Of a DNA stretch of 64,000 nt, positions 36,960 through 45,582 are shown in pieces. Position 1 is the stretch's first letter. Each line of letters starts with the position of its first letter. The DNA is from Armatimonadota bacterium. Lineage in GTDB: Bacteria; Armatimonadota; SYMT01. The notes below the pieces were generated by a model. It did no database searches. It was not told the origin of the DNA and saw nothing but the letters and a program-made list of their open reading frames with translations. The stretch spans positions 43,639 through 107,638 of the forward strand of contig JAWLHY010000019.1 of assembly GCA_041690135.1 (NCBI GenBank), in the 5' to 3' direction. The translations under genes and the position numbers were made by a program.

Positions 36960-38059
36960 GACTTGATTTCCAGGAACGACTCGCGGACGGCGTTCACGAC
37001 GCCGCGGAGGTCATCGGCGGTGAGGGTCCCCAGGTTGGCGATGCGAAACGCCCAGGTTTTGAGGTCCCCCTGGCCGGCATAGATCACGTAGCCGCGCTCT
37101 TTCATGGCATCGTGCAGCGCGTCGTACGACACACCTTCCGGAAGTGGGAAGGTCGTGAGGGTGTTGGACCGCCACTCGGGGGCCACGATCGGCTCCAGTC
37201 CCAGTTCGGCCATTCCCTCGCGGAGCGCCTGGGCCGCCTCCCGGTAGCGGTGGAACCGGTTCTCCAGCCCCTCCTCGTGGGTTTCGAGGATTGCCTGGCG
37301 CAGGGCGAAGAAGACCTGGATCGCCGGGGTGAAAGGCGTGTTATCGGCCTCTTCCGCTTTCCACTGGTTATACAGGTTGAGGTAGACCGACCGGGCCGGA
37401 AGGGAAGCCAACCCCTCCAGGGCTGTACGCCGCGCAACCACGAACGAAAGCCCGGCCATGCCCTGAAGACACTTGTTGGAACTCGAGATCAGGTAGTCGA
37501 TCCCCAGCTCCTTCACATCAAGTGGCTCCCCCGCGAATGAGCTCATCGCATCCACGATTAACGACCGTCCGTGTTTGCGGCAAACGGCCGCGAGCGCTTC
37601 CACGGGATTGAGGAGCCCGGTGGTGGTCTCGTGATGCACCACGGCCAGGTGGCTGAGCGAGGGGTCCTCGGTAAAGGCTCGATCCACATCTTCCGGCCGG
37701 GGCGCTTCCGTCCAGTGGTAGTGGAGCACGTGGTGCTCGATGCCGTGGGCCGCGGCCATCTGGCGGATGCGGTCGCCATAGACGCCGTTGTCGATGACCA
37801 GCAGCTTGCGGTCCCGCGGGACGACGGAGCAGACCGTGGCCTCCACGGCCGCCGTTCCGGAACCGGAGAAGACGACGGTGGACCACTCGTTGCCTCCGCC
37901 GGCCAGACCGGCGATTTCGTCGCGCACCCACCGCATCACGGCAAAGAACTCCGGCTCCCGGTGACAAAGATCCGGCGTGACCATCGCGTTCCGCACCGTG
38001 GGGGTGGTGCAGGCGGGACCGGGGTTCAGGAGGATGTACTCCTTTAACGGCTCACTCAA
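36956..38059 (-). CDS. 2-aminoethylphosphonate aminotransferase (PhnW/AepZ family, class V PLP)
   Basis: LLNPGP, GSGTAAVEA, NGVYGDR, HHETTTGLLNP, DAMSSF, SSNKCLQG, FTPA.Q, IYAGQG. Confidence 0.9.
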   Translation of the reverse strand: MSEPLKEYILLNPGPACTTPTVRNAMVTPDLCHREPEFFAVMRWVRDEIAGLAGGGNEWSTVVFSGSGTAAVEATVCSVVPRDRKLLVIDNGVYGDRIRQMAAAHGIEHHVLHYHWTEAPRPEDVDRAFTEDPSLSHLAVVHHETTTGLLNPVEALAAVCRKHGRSLIVDAMSSFAGEPLDVKELGIDYLISSSNKCLQGMAGLSFVVARRTALEGLASLPARSVYLNLYNQWKAEEADNTPFTPAIQVFFALRQAILETHEEGLENRFHRYREAAQALREGMAELGLEPIVAPEWRSNTLTTFPLPEGVSYDALHDAMKERGYVIYAGQGDLKTWAFRIANLGTLTADDLRGVVNAVRESFLEIKS

Positions 38060-38634
38060 GGTCGGTCTCCGGTAGCGTGAACGGCGGCGGAGAAACGGTC
38101 GCGGATCTCTTCGGGGGTATGCGTGACGCGCCCGGCCTTGAACGGCCCCGTCTCAACCTCAACCTCCGCCAGGATGAAGGTCGGCCCTTCGGTCTCCAGG
38201 CATTCGCGGTATGCGGCGGCCGTCTCTTCCGGCGTCCGGGTGCGCACCGCCCGGGTGTAGCCGGCCGCCTCCGCGATCTTCTCCAGGGCTATGGACTGGC
38301 TCACCGCCGGCTGGTTGCCGGTGCTGGCGTAGACCCCGTTATCGAAGACGATGTGGATCAGGTTCTTCGGCCGGGTGGAGGCGATCATTGCCGTGGAGCC
38401 GAGGTTCATCAGCAGGTTGCCGTCGCCGTCGTAGATCACCACGCGGCGGTCGGGGCGAGAGAGCGCGACCCCCAGGCCGATCGACGAGGCGAGGCCCATC
38501 GAACCAATCATATAGAAGTTGCCGGGCCGGTCGTCCACGGTGAACGAGCGCCGGGAGATGTGCCCGTTGGCGTGGACTACGACCGCATCCCCCAGCAGCG
38601 GCTGCAACGCGCGGATGGCTTCTTCCAGAGTCAT
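38056..38634 (-). CDS. Phosphonopyruvate decarboxylase, beta (ThDP-binding) subunit
   Basis: NFYMIGSMGLASSIGLG, DGDGNLLMNLG, DNGVYASTGNQ; ATG 38634 overlaps the alpha-subunit stop (ATGA). Confidence 0.88.
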   Translation of the reverse strand: MTLEEAIRALQPLLGDAVVVHANGHISRRSFTVDDRPGNFYMIGSMGLASSIGLGVALSRPDRRVVIYDGDGNLLMNLGSTAMIASTRPKNLIHIVFDNGVYASTGNQPAVSQSIALEKIAEAAGYTRAVRTRTPEETAAAYRECLETEGPTFILAEVEVETGPFKAGRVTHTPEEIRDRFSAAVHATGDRP

Positions 38635-39152
38635 TTCGTCACCCCCGCACGCAGCAGCAGCGCCGCGGGAAGACTGTTCTCCCGCTGGTATTCCGTCGCC
38701 CACCGGAGGTCGTCCAGCAGGGTCTCCGGTTCCGGTGTCCGGAAAGGAACTCCAATCGTGTCGAGGAGCTTTCCGGAGATTTCCCCCATGATGATGTGCT
38801 CCGGGGCATCCTTCCCGAGATAGCCTCGCCATGTGATGAGCAGGAGGCACGGGGTCTTGTACATCAGGGTCATCGAAGTGAGGGCGTTGACGCAGACGCC
38901 GAGTCCGGAGTTCTGCATGACGACGACGGGACGACGTCCCGCCATCATCGCCCCGCAGGCCAGTCCCACGGCGGCATCCTCGCGGGTTTCCGCGTAGTAG
39001 TGCACCTCCGGGTCGCGCTCGAGCTCAGCAATGAGACCACTGACGAGGGAGCAGGGTACTCCGGTGAAAAAGTCGTACCCTTGCTCCTTCAGCGCCGCCG
39101 CGAACGCGGTGGGCGAAACGGGGTCGGTTTCGAAGACGGATCCACTTGCCAC
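38631..39152 (-). CDS. Phosphonopyruvate decarboxylase, alpha subunit
   Basis: FFTGVPCS, TREDAAVG, MQNSGLG, ITWRG..GKDAPEH..MG. Confidence 0.88.
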   Translation of the reverse strand: MASGSVFETDPVSPTAFAAALKEQGYDFFTGVPCSLVSGLIAELERDPEVHYYAETREDAAVGLACGAMMAGRRPVVVMQNSGLGVCVNALTSMTLMYKTPCLLLITWRGYLGKDAPEHIIMGEISGKLLDTIGVPFRTPEPETLLDDLRWATEYQRENSLPAALLLRAGVTK

Positions 39153-39161
39153 GGGGATTTC

Positions 39162-40847
39162 CTACTTCTGCTCCGCCCAGGCGCGCCGGTAATCTTCGAA
39201 GGTATCGATCTCGGCCCAGCCCTTGTAGATGTCGACGGCTTGCACGGCATGGCCGCGGTCGATCAGTTCCTGGAGCATATCCGTCAGCTTGGCGGCCCGC
39301 AGCCGGGGCGCTTCCTGGAAGGGAGCTTCCGGATCTCCGGCGCAAGCTTCGGCATAGGCTTCCCGCAGTGCGGCACAGCCCTCCGGCGAGAGCATCATCA
39401 TGCCGATGAACTCCCCGTCGCATTGCTCGCGCGGCAGGTCGTGGCCGATGCGAAGTACACGGTTCCCCTCCTCGCTGGGCAGATAACGATAGCCCACACT
39501 GGGAGGCCGCTCCGTTGCCACCAGGTCTTCGTACGGCCGCTGCCGGCCGTTGCCACTCGCCCGGTGCTCCATCCAGGCGCGGTCCACCACCACGTTGACA
39601 TCACCTTCCGCCTTCAGGAGCTTTTCCAGGATGCCCTGGTCGAAGAGCACGTCCGAGTAAAGGACGACCACCCGGCCCTTGAGCTCCGGCTCGGCACGGA
39701 AGAGGGAATAGAGCTCGCTGGTCTGCTCGTACTCGTCGTTGTCGTAGTAGCGGGGCGTCGTTAGGGTGAAGGCTTCCTTCTTGTAGCCGCGCACCACCAC
39801 GACGTCCTTGATGTTGCAGGCGTTGAGAAGATCGATCTGGCGCTCCAGGATCGACTTACCCTTGATGTCGAGCATCGCCTTGGGGCGCTCTTCGATCAGC
39901 GGGAGTAGTTCGGGCTCGAAACCGGCTGCCACGATCACGGCCGTCACCTTGCCGCCGTCCGCGGGCAAGAACTGCTTCTCCTGGTGGTTCATCTCCTCCA
40001 CGCCGACCAGCCGGTAGACTTCCTCCAGTGGTACCAGCGAGGGCTCCACGTCCGCGATCCGGCGGGTGCGGTGGAGCTCGCCGAGGGTTTGCTGCATCGC
40101 TTTGATCGCGGCGCGCAGGCCGTGGTTGGCGAAGATCACGATCTTGAAGCCGGCCGCGTGGCAATCATCCGCGCTGGCTGTGGGGAAGATCGTCGGCACC
40201 ACCACCAGCGGCGTGTCCCGGTTCCACTGCTGGGCCGCGTGGGCCAACTCGTCGAGGGTCTTCGACTTGGAATGGATCAGGACGGCATCCGCGCCGGCAT
40301 CCGCGTACGCGTGGGCGCGCTTGAGTGCCTCTGCTTCCCCCCACCCCGCAATCAGCGCCTCGGTGCGGGCGATGATAAACGTATCGGGGTCACGCTGGGC
40401 GGCCTTGGCGGCGCGGATCTTGCCCGCGTGTTCCTCCGGAGAAACCAGTTCCCGCCGGGAGCCCGAGTAGAAGCTGCAGCGCTTGGGGAAGATGTTGTCC
40501 TCTAGACAGATCCCCGCGATCCCGGCATCTTCGTATTCCCGGATGGTGCGGACTACGTTCACCGCGTTTCCGAACCCGCTGTCGCAGTCCGCGATGACCG
40601 GGATGTCGATCGCGTGTGCGATCCCTCGGGCTACTTCCAGGTTTTCGGAGAAGGTGAGGATGTTGGCGTCGGGAACGCCCTGGGATGCGGAGATTTCAAA
40701 CCCGCTGGCCCAGACGGCATCGAAACCCGCCTCTTCCACGAGACGCGCACTGAGGGGATTGTGGGCGCCCGCCACGAGGAGCGGCCCGGACCTTCCCAGG
40801 GCCAGTCGCAGCTTGCGTGCGGGTGAATCAGTGGATCGACCAGTCAT
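39162..40847 (-). CDS. pepM: Phosphoenolpyruvate mutase fused to a C-terminal cytidylyltransferase domain
   Basis: GAHNPLSA, WASGF.ISA..GVPD, DCDSGFGN, EDNIFPKRCS, ARTEALIAGWG, LIHSK, IFANH; C-half PKAMLDIKGKSIL, RGYKKE, W.EIDTFEDY. Confidence 0.88.
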   Translation of the reverse strand: MTGRSTDSPARKLRLALGRSGPLLVAGAHNPLSARLVEEAGFDAVWASGFEISASQGVPDANILTFSENLEVARGIAHAIDIPVIADCDSGFGNAVNVVRTIREYEDAGIAGICLEDNIFPKRCSFYSGSRRELVSPEEHAGKIRAAKAAQRDPDTFIIARTEALIAGWGEAEALKRAHAYADAGADAVLIHSKSKTLDELAHAAQQWNRDTPLVVVPTIFPTASADDCHAAGFKIVIFANHGLRAAIKAMQQTLGELHRTRRIADVEPSLVPLEEVYRLVGVEEMNHQEKQFLPADGGKVTAVIVAAGFEPELLPLIEERPKAMLDIKGKSILERQIDLLNACNIKDVVVVRGYKKEAFTLTTPRYYDNDEYEQTSELYSLFRAEPELKGRVVVLYSDVLFDQGILEKLLKAEGDVNVVVDRAWMEHRASGNGRQRPYEDLVATERPPSVGYRYLPSEEGNRVLRIGHDLPREQCDGEFIGMMMLSPEGCAALREAYAEACAGDPEAPFQEAPRLRAAKLTDMLQELIDRGHAVQAVDIYKGWAEIDTFEDYRRAWAEQK

Positions 40848-41006
40848 ATCGTCTATTCAAACCTCTTAAGCCCCGGGGCGGGCGGAAATCTTACGCAGTG
40901 CTTAACCAGCCCCTAAAATTCGCTGGCAGGGCGCTTGTTCCCTTGCGTCCGGCGAGATTCCATCTGGAGGATGAGAAACCGCCATCTCTTTGCAAGGAGT
41001 CGAGGG

Positions 41007-41034
41007 CCGTCCCTACCTCTAGAGGTAGGGACGG
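41007..41034. terminator. Perfect 28-bp palindrome between the redoxin gene and the phosphonate operon
   Basis: ccgtccctacctct|agaggtagggacgg. Confidence 0.6.
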
Positions 41035-41042
41035 AAGTGGCT

Positions 41043-42521
41043 CTAGCCTCCCCCAAAGGGGAGAAGGAGCTTGGTGAGGGTGGCGCGGACCTCGTCGGGG
41101 GTGGTGGTGCCGACGGCCTGCACGATGCCCTTCTTATTCACGACTACATTGACGGGGACGCCGTTCAAGCCGAGTTGGTTGATATATTCCGCCTTGCTGT
41201 CGAGCAAAACGGGGCCCTCGATGTTATGGATCTTGCAGAAGTGGAGGGCCTCGTCACGGGCGTTGACGTGTTCCCACACATTCACCATCACGATTTCGAG
41301 CCCGTAGTTCTTCGCGCGCCGGCGGACTTCTTCGAGTAGCGGAGCCTCCGCATTACATGGCCCTCACCAACTGGCGAAGAAGTTAAGGATATAGTTCTTC
41401 CCACGCCACTCGCCAGAGGTTCGCTCCCGGCCATCCACCATATCCGGCAGGGCGAAGTCCGGCAGCGGTTTGCCCACCAGGGGGTGCCGCTCGTCCTTGG
41501 GCAGAGTGCGAGGCTTTCCCGTGAGCCGGTCCTGGAAGATACTCACGGTACTGGTCGCCGCATCCGAGACATAGACCGTGTTGGTGGTCGGATCGACCGC
41601 GAGATCTCCGGGCGCTTGCCCGACCCGCACGCGTCCCCACTCCCGACCGGACTCCCGATCGATCACGCTAACGCGGCCGGTTCCGCGATTGGCGGCGTAG
41701 ATGCGATCTCCGGACCCGCTGAGTGCCATCCCTACGGGGGCACGCTCGACGGGAACTGTGCGGACGACCTTCCGCTTCTCCAGATCGATTACCGAGACGG
41801 TGCTGACTAGCGAGTTGGCGACGTATGCCAGCCCGCGCTCGGAGTCGATGGCGATCTTGCAGGGGGCGTAATCCACGGCGATCTTATCGATGGCCTGGTT
41901 CGACTCACCGTCGATCACCGTTACGGAGGCATCGCCGAAGTTGACACAGTAAACGCGGTCGCGCTTCGGGTCGGCGGCGATACTGCCTGCGGCGAGCGCG
42001 GCGGGCACGGTCGCGATGACCTCCAGCGAGTCGATGTCGATCACGCTGACCGTGCCGTCGGCGGTGTTGCCGACGTACAGCTTCCGGCGCTCCTCATAGA
42101 TTCCGGCTCCGGCAGGGTAATGCTGAACGGGTATCTGCCGGATGACTTCCAGGCGTTCCGTATCCACGGCTGAAACCATGTCGGAACGAGCGTCCGTAGT
42201 GAAGGCGCGGCGGGTTCGTGGGTCATAGGCCAGCCCGATCGGCTCGCGGGCTACCGGTATCTCGCGAATGACTTCGCGGGTATCCAGATGGAAGACGACG
42301 AGGCTGTTGCTGCGAGCGCAGGCGACAAACCCGTGGCGTCGTTCGGGGTCGAGTGCCAGGCCCTCCGGGCCCAGGCCAACGGGCACAGACCCGAGCGAGG
42401 GAAACGTTTCGTCCAATGATCTCTCCGGTTCGAGGGAATAGATCCGGCCAGGGAGCGCGTGACGTAGGGCCAACGAACGAGGGTCTGCCCGCACGCCGAC
42501 ACGGCTCTCCTTATGTAACAT
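41043..42521 (-). CDS. YVTN-type beta-propeller fused to a TlpA-like thioredoxin; probable selenoprotein (WUGPC)
   Basis: ORFs 41364..42521 and 41043..41291 are in frame across TGA 41366-41364: LPDFALPD...ILNFFASW*GPCNAEAPLL...GVPVNVVVNKKGIV. Confidence 0.85.
41336..41356 (-). promoter_or_regulatory. Candidate bacterial SECIS hairpin
   Basis: GUA-AU-GCGGA-GGC-UCCGC-UAC; the G-initiated loop starts 17 nt after the UGA. Confidence 0.6.
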
Positions 42522-42596
42522 ATCGGGACGGGGGGCTGTCCGGCGTAGTTGTGGCGAGGTAATCAGGCGAGATTCGTGTTCACGGTATCCCTTGTC

Positions 42597-42878
42597 TCAA
42601 TAGCGAATCCGGAAACCATCGGGTTCGGACCGGGGCTCCTGCCAGTCGGTGCGGACATCGTCGACGCGGGCGGCGGAGGGCCCTTGGGCGAGGCGCTGAA
42701 GGTATTCCTGGAGGCGTTCCTCTCGCCCCTCGGCGACTACCTCCACCGTTCCGTCGGGCAGGTTGCGAGCGTAACCGCGCAGGCCAAAGCGGCGGCCTTC
42801 TCGCTGGGCGAACATACGATAACCGACGCCCTGGACCACTCCGTGCACGATGGCGTGAAAGCGGCGGTCAGAATTCAC
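42597..42878 (-). CDS. acyP: Acylphosphatase
   Basis: VHGVVQGVGYR, GYARNLPDGTVEVVAEG, GPSAARV; GGAGGA RBS. Confidence 0.95.
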   Translation of the reverse strand: MNSDRRFHAIVHGVVQGVGYRMFAQREGRRFGLRGYARNLPDGTVEVVAEGREERLQEYLQRLAQGPSAARVDDVRTDWQEPRSEPDGFRIRY

Positions 42879-43025
42879 GGCGTTCCTCCGGGTGGCACTT
42901 AATTCTGTTCACGGATCTGGGGGCACCTCTCGTCTTATAGCTTAGCGGTTGATCGCCCACGTGGTCAGCCGAGAGACATTGCAGAATTGCGCTGAGCAAC
43001 GACGCACAATCTTCTGGGTTCCCGG

Positions 43026-43055
43026 TGTAACCTTTTGACGACGCGTGTCGTCATA
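43026..43055 (+). promoter_or_regulatory. ECF-type promoter upstream of the ECF sigma gene
   Basis: TGTAAC-N17-CGTCATA matches the AAC/CGT(C) ECF consensus; overlaps palindrome tgacgac-gcgt-gtcgtca. Confidence 0.65.
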
Positions 43056-43108
43056 CAGCGAAAGGGGCTCGACAAGGAGCCTGGTACTGTGTTGAGCGAG
43101 GAACCTGG

Positions 43109-43681
43109 ATGACGACTGCCACCACCCGCCCGGTAAGCCGCCCCGCGGCCGCCACGATGTCTCTCCCCGGCTTTGTGCCGGCATTCACCGGTGAGATGGC
43201 CACGACGCTGGATGGTTTTCGGCCCGGTCTTCAGGCGTTCATCCGGCGCAAGGGTTTTACGGCGGAGGAGGCGGAGGACCTCACGCAGGAGACTTTGCTT
43301 CGGGCCTACCAGCATCGGGAACACTTCCGGGGCACCTTTCTCCGAGCCTGGTTATTCCGCATCGCCTCGAACGTAGCGGTGGACTATGTCCGCCGCCAGC
43401 GCCTGCAGACGGTCCCTCTGGAGGACGTGGAAGGGGTACTTCCCTGCTCCGAAGACCCGGCCGAGTACTGGGAAAGAACGGAGTTGGAGAGGGGCCTGAT
43501 CGCCCTGGTCGGTAGTCTGCCGGAGGCCCAGCAGCGGATTATCCGGCTGCGGTACCTGGAAGGGTATTCCCTGGCGGAGATCGCGGAGCGGGTGCAATGC
43601 ACCCCCCTTGCAGCGCGGCTGCGGGTGTTCCGAGCGGTCGAAACCCTGCGGAAAAGAGCGGCGGCGCGGGGGGAGGTGTGA
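43109..43681 (+). CDS. ECF RNA polymerase sigma factor
   Basis: EAEDLTQETLLRAY, AWLFRIASN.AVDY.R, LPEAQQRII.LRYLEGYSLAEIAE. Confidence 0.9.
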   Translation: MTTATTRPVSRPAAATMSLPGFVPAFTGEMATTLDGFRPGLQAFIRRKGFTAEEAEDLTQETLLRAYQHREHFRGTFLRAWLFRIASNVAVDYVRRQRLQTVPLEDVEGVLPCSEDPAEYWERTELERGLIALVGSLPEAQQRIIRLRYLEGYSLAEIAERVQCTPLAARLRVFRAVETLRKRAAARGEV

Positions 43682-43684
43682 GGG

Positions 43685-43930
43685 TCAGGCGTCATCGCGG
43701 TATTCGGCGCAGCGTTCCCAGGGCTCATGAAGCGAGTTGCGACCGTGGTGCTCGGCCTGGCGTTCGATGTAATCGCAGACGGCTTCCACGTGTTCCGGGC
43801 TGAAGGAGAAGGCGCCGTAGGAACCCTGCCATTTGGAGCCGGTTTCGCGGGCCACTTCCTGGGCAATCAGGTGGGCCGAAGCGCCTTTCATCTCTTTCGC
43901 CAGCCATGCCACGGCCACCGCCGGCAGATT
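43685..43930 (-). pseudogene. C-terminal fragment of an IS200-type Y1 transposase
   Basis: LAKEMKGASAH...WQGSYGAFS.S...VCDYIERQAEHH; in-frame TGA at 43933-43931 and no HUH-containing N-half. Confidence 0.75.
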
Positions 43931-44028
43931 TCATCTTCTCTTCATCCCAGGTGTTTACCATTCAGTCAGAGCCCCGGTGGGCCGGTGGTGTGGTAGACAC
44001 GGGCCCTGAGGAATGAGGAGAAGAGAAG

Positions 44029-45051
44029 ATGCAGCGACGCGGTTTCATCACGCTGGCGCTGGGTGGTCTGTTGGCACCCTTCGCACCGGCGGACTCAGCG
44101 GAAAAGACGACCCATGGGAATTCGCAAGGGTCCGGGAAGATCGCCTGGTATGGAGCCTGGAAGGAGGGCCTGGCCGAGGCGAAACGCACGGGGCGTCCGA
44201 TCCTGCTCATCGCCGCGGCGCCGCATTGCCACAACGTCTCCGGCCTGTGGTGACCGGGCAAGCAACAGATGGACAGGAGTTTCCTGTCCCAGCCCGAGGT
44301 CGTGGCCGCCTCCCGCAGCTTTGTCTGCATCCGCCTGGCTACCTACGAGAATGAGGAAGAAGCAAAGCTCCTGAAATCGATCTTCATCGGGCGATCCGGC
44401 GAGTTGGAGAACACCACGTTCGCCATTTTGGATCCAGAAGGAAAGCGGCCATTGGTGGCGCCCGGCCGAAGCCCGGATCGGGCGTTCCGTGGCGCGACGG
44501 ACGCGCCCGCGCGGGAAATGGCGGCAACCATGCGTGAGATTTCCGCCTACTACCGGAAGCACGGTAAGACCCACGACAGCGACTTGACACTGCCGTCCAA
44601 CGGAGCCCCGCGACTGGCACTCAACGTGGCAGCGTGCGACAACGTTCCACTGGTCGTGCTCCATGCAGCGTCCGACACGGAGCGAACTCGATTGGAGAAG
44701 CGGCTCGCGCCACTGGCGTGGAGCACCGAACTGGCGGGGCGAGCCGTTTACACGGTCCTGGCGGGAGCCAATGAATTGAAACTGGATCGTGCTCCCGGCG
44801 TTAAGCCTGGGCTGACGGTGGTTGCTCCGGATACTTACGGCCAGTCGGGGAAAGTGCTCGCCGAGATTTCGGCTACCGCCAGTGACAAGGAGTTGAAGGC
44901 GGCCCTGCTGGCAGCCCTCGCCCGGTTTACGCCGGCGGAGAAGGACTCCCGCTTCCATATCGGCGAGGGTCGGCAGCGAGGCGTTTATTGGAAGACACTG
45001 CTGCCGGTAACGGATCCAGGCCCGCCGCGCGGCCAGCGACCGCGCCGCTGA
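44029..45051 (+). CDS. Tat-exported thioredoxin-like protein; probable selenoprotein
   Basis: ORFs 44029..44253 and 44269..45051 are in frame across TGA 44251-53: MQRRGF...IAWYGAWKEGLAEAKRTGRPILLI...CHNVSGLW*PGKQQMDRSFLSQPEVVAASRSFVCIRL; GAGGAG RBS. Confidence 0.8.
44254..44296 (+). promoter_or_regulatory. Candidate bacterial SECIS hairpin
   Basis: Lower stem CGGGC/GCCCG; upper stem GGACAGGA-GUU-UCCUGUCC; G-initiated loop 25 nt after the UGA. Confidence 0.7.
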
Positions 45052-45183
45052 TCGCTCTCGAAACGGGCACATACGGCGGCAGCGCATAGCGAAAACGCGT
45101 CAGGAGGGGCTGGCTGGAGTGCATCCGGCCTGCCCTTCGTGTCTTCAGGACGCTCACAGAACACACCAAGCGGCTTGCAGCCG

Positions 45184-45225
45184 TTGAGGATCCGGCGCCG
45201 CTTTTTGAGGATCCGGCGCCGCTTT
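45184..45225. repeat. Exact 21-bp tandem duplication
   Basis: ttgaggatccggcgccgcttt x2. Confidence 0.85.
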
Positions 45226-45582
45226 GCCCCAAATCCACAGCACCGGCCTCGCAGGCTGTTCGGTTCCAATGGCGGGGTGAACAATTAGAGTTTTGAAAAC
45301 ACGTAACCCCCGGAAGTTCGTTTGCGTTTAGCCTGTGATGAACCAAGAAAGCAACCCCAAAACTCGCCGCGAGTTTTGAGGGACGCGAATGCCGTGAGGA
45401 GGGTCCCCTCCTCATATGAAGCCTCGCTCGTCGATCCTCTGAAGCCCGCTGCCTCCCACCGATCGCCATGAGGTGAAAGGCGACTTGCGGCTTCGTCTGT
45501 CTCGCGTTTTCAGCTTTTTCTTTCGCAGCCCCGCATTCGCACTTCGCCCGCGAGTAATCCCGGCGCCTGAGCCAACCTGCAA

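Noticed and set aside
36956-38059. AEP catabolism (phnW-phnX/phnYA)
   Set aside because: No phosphonatase, PhnY/PhnA or phosphonate transporter nearby; the context is biosynthetic.
38056-39152. Sulfopyruvate decarboxylase ComDE (coenzyme M pathway)
   Set aside because: The split alpha/beta form is similar, but the flanking PEP mutase, AEP transaminase and cytidylyltransferases indicate phosphonopyruvate; no comA/B/C seen.
41364-44253. Genome-wide UGA reassignment (Trp/Gly) as the explanation for the in-frame TGAs
   Set aside because: Many genes here end in TGA at their expected C-termini with ATGA/GTGA overlaps; both read-through TGAs sit at Cys-type redox positions with downstream hairpins.
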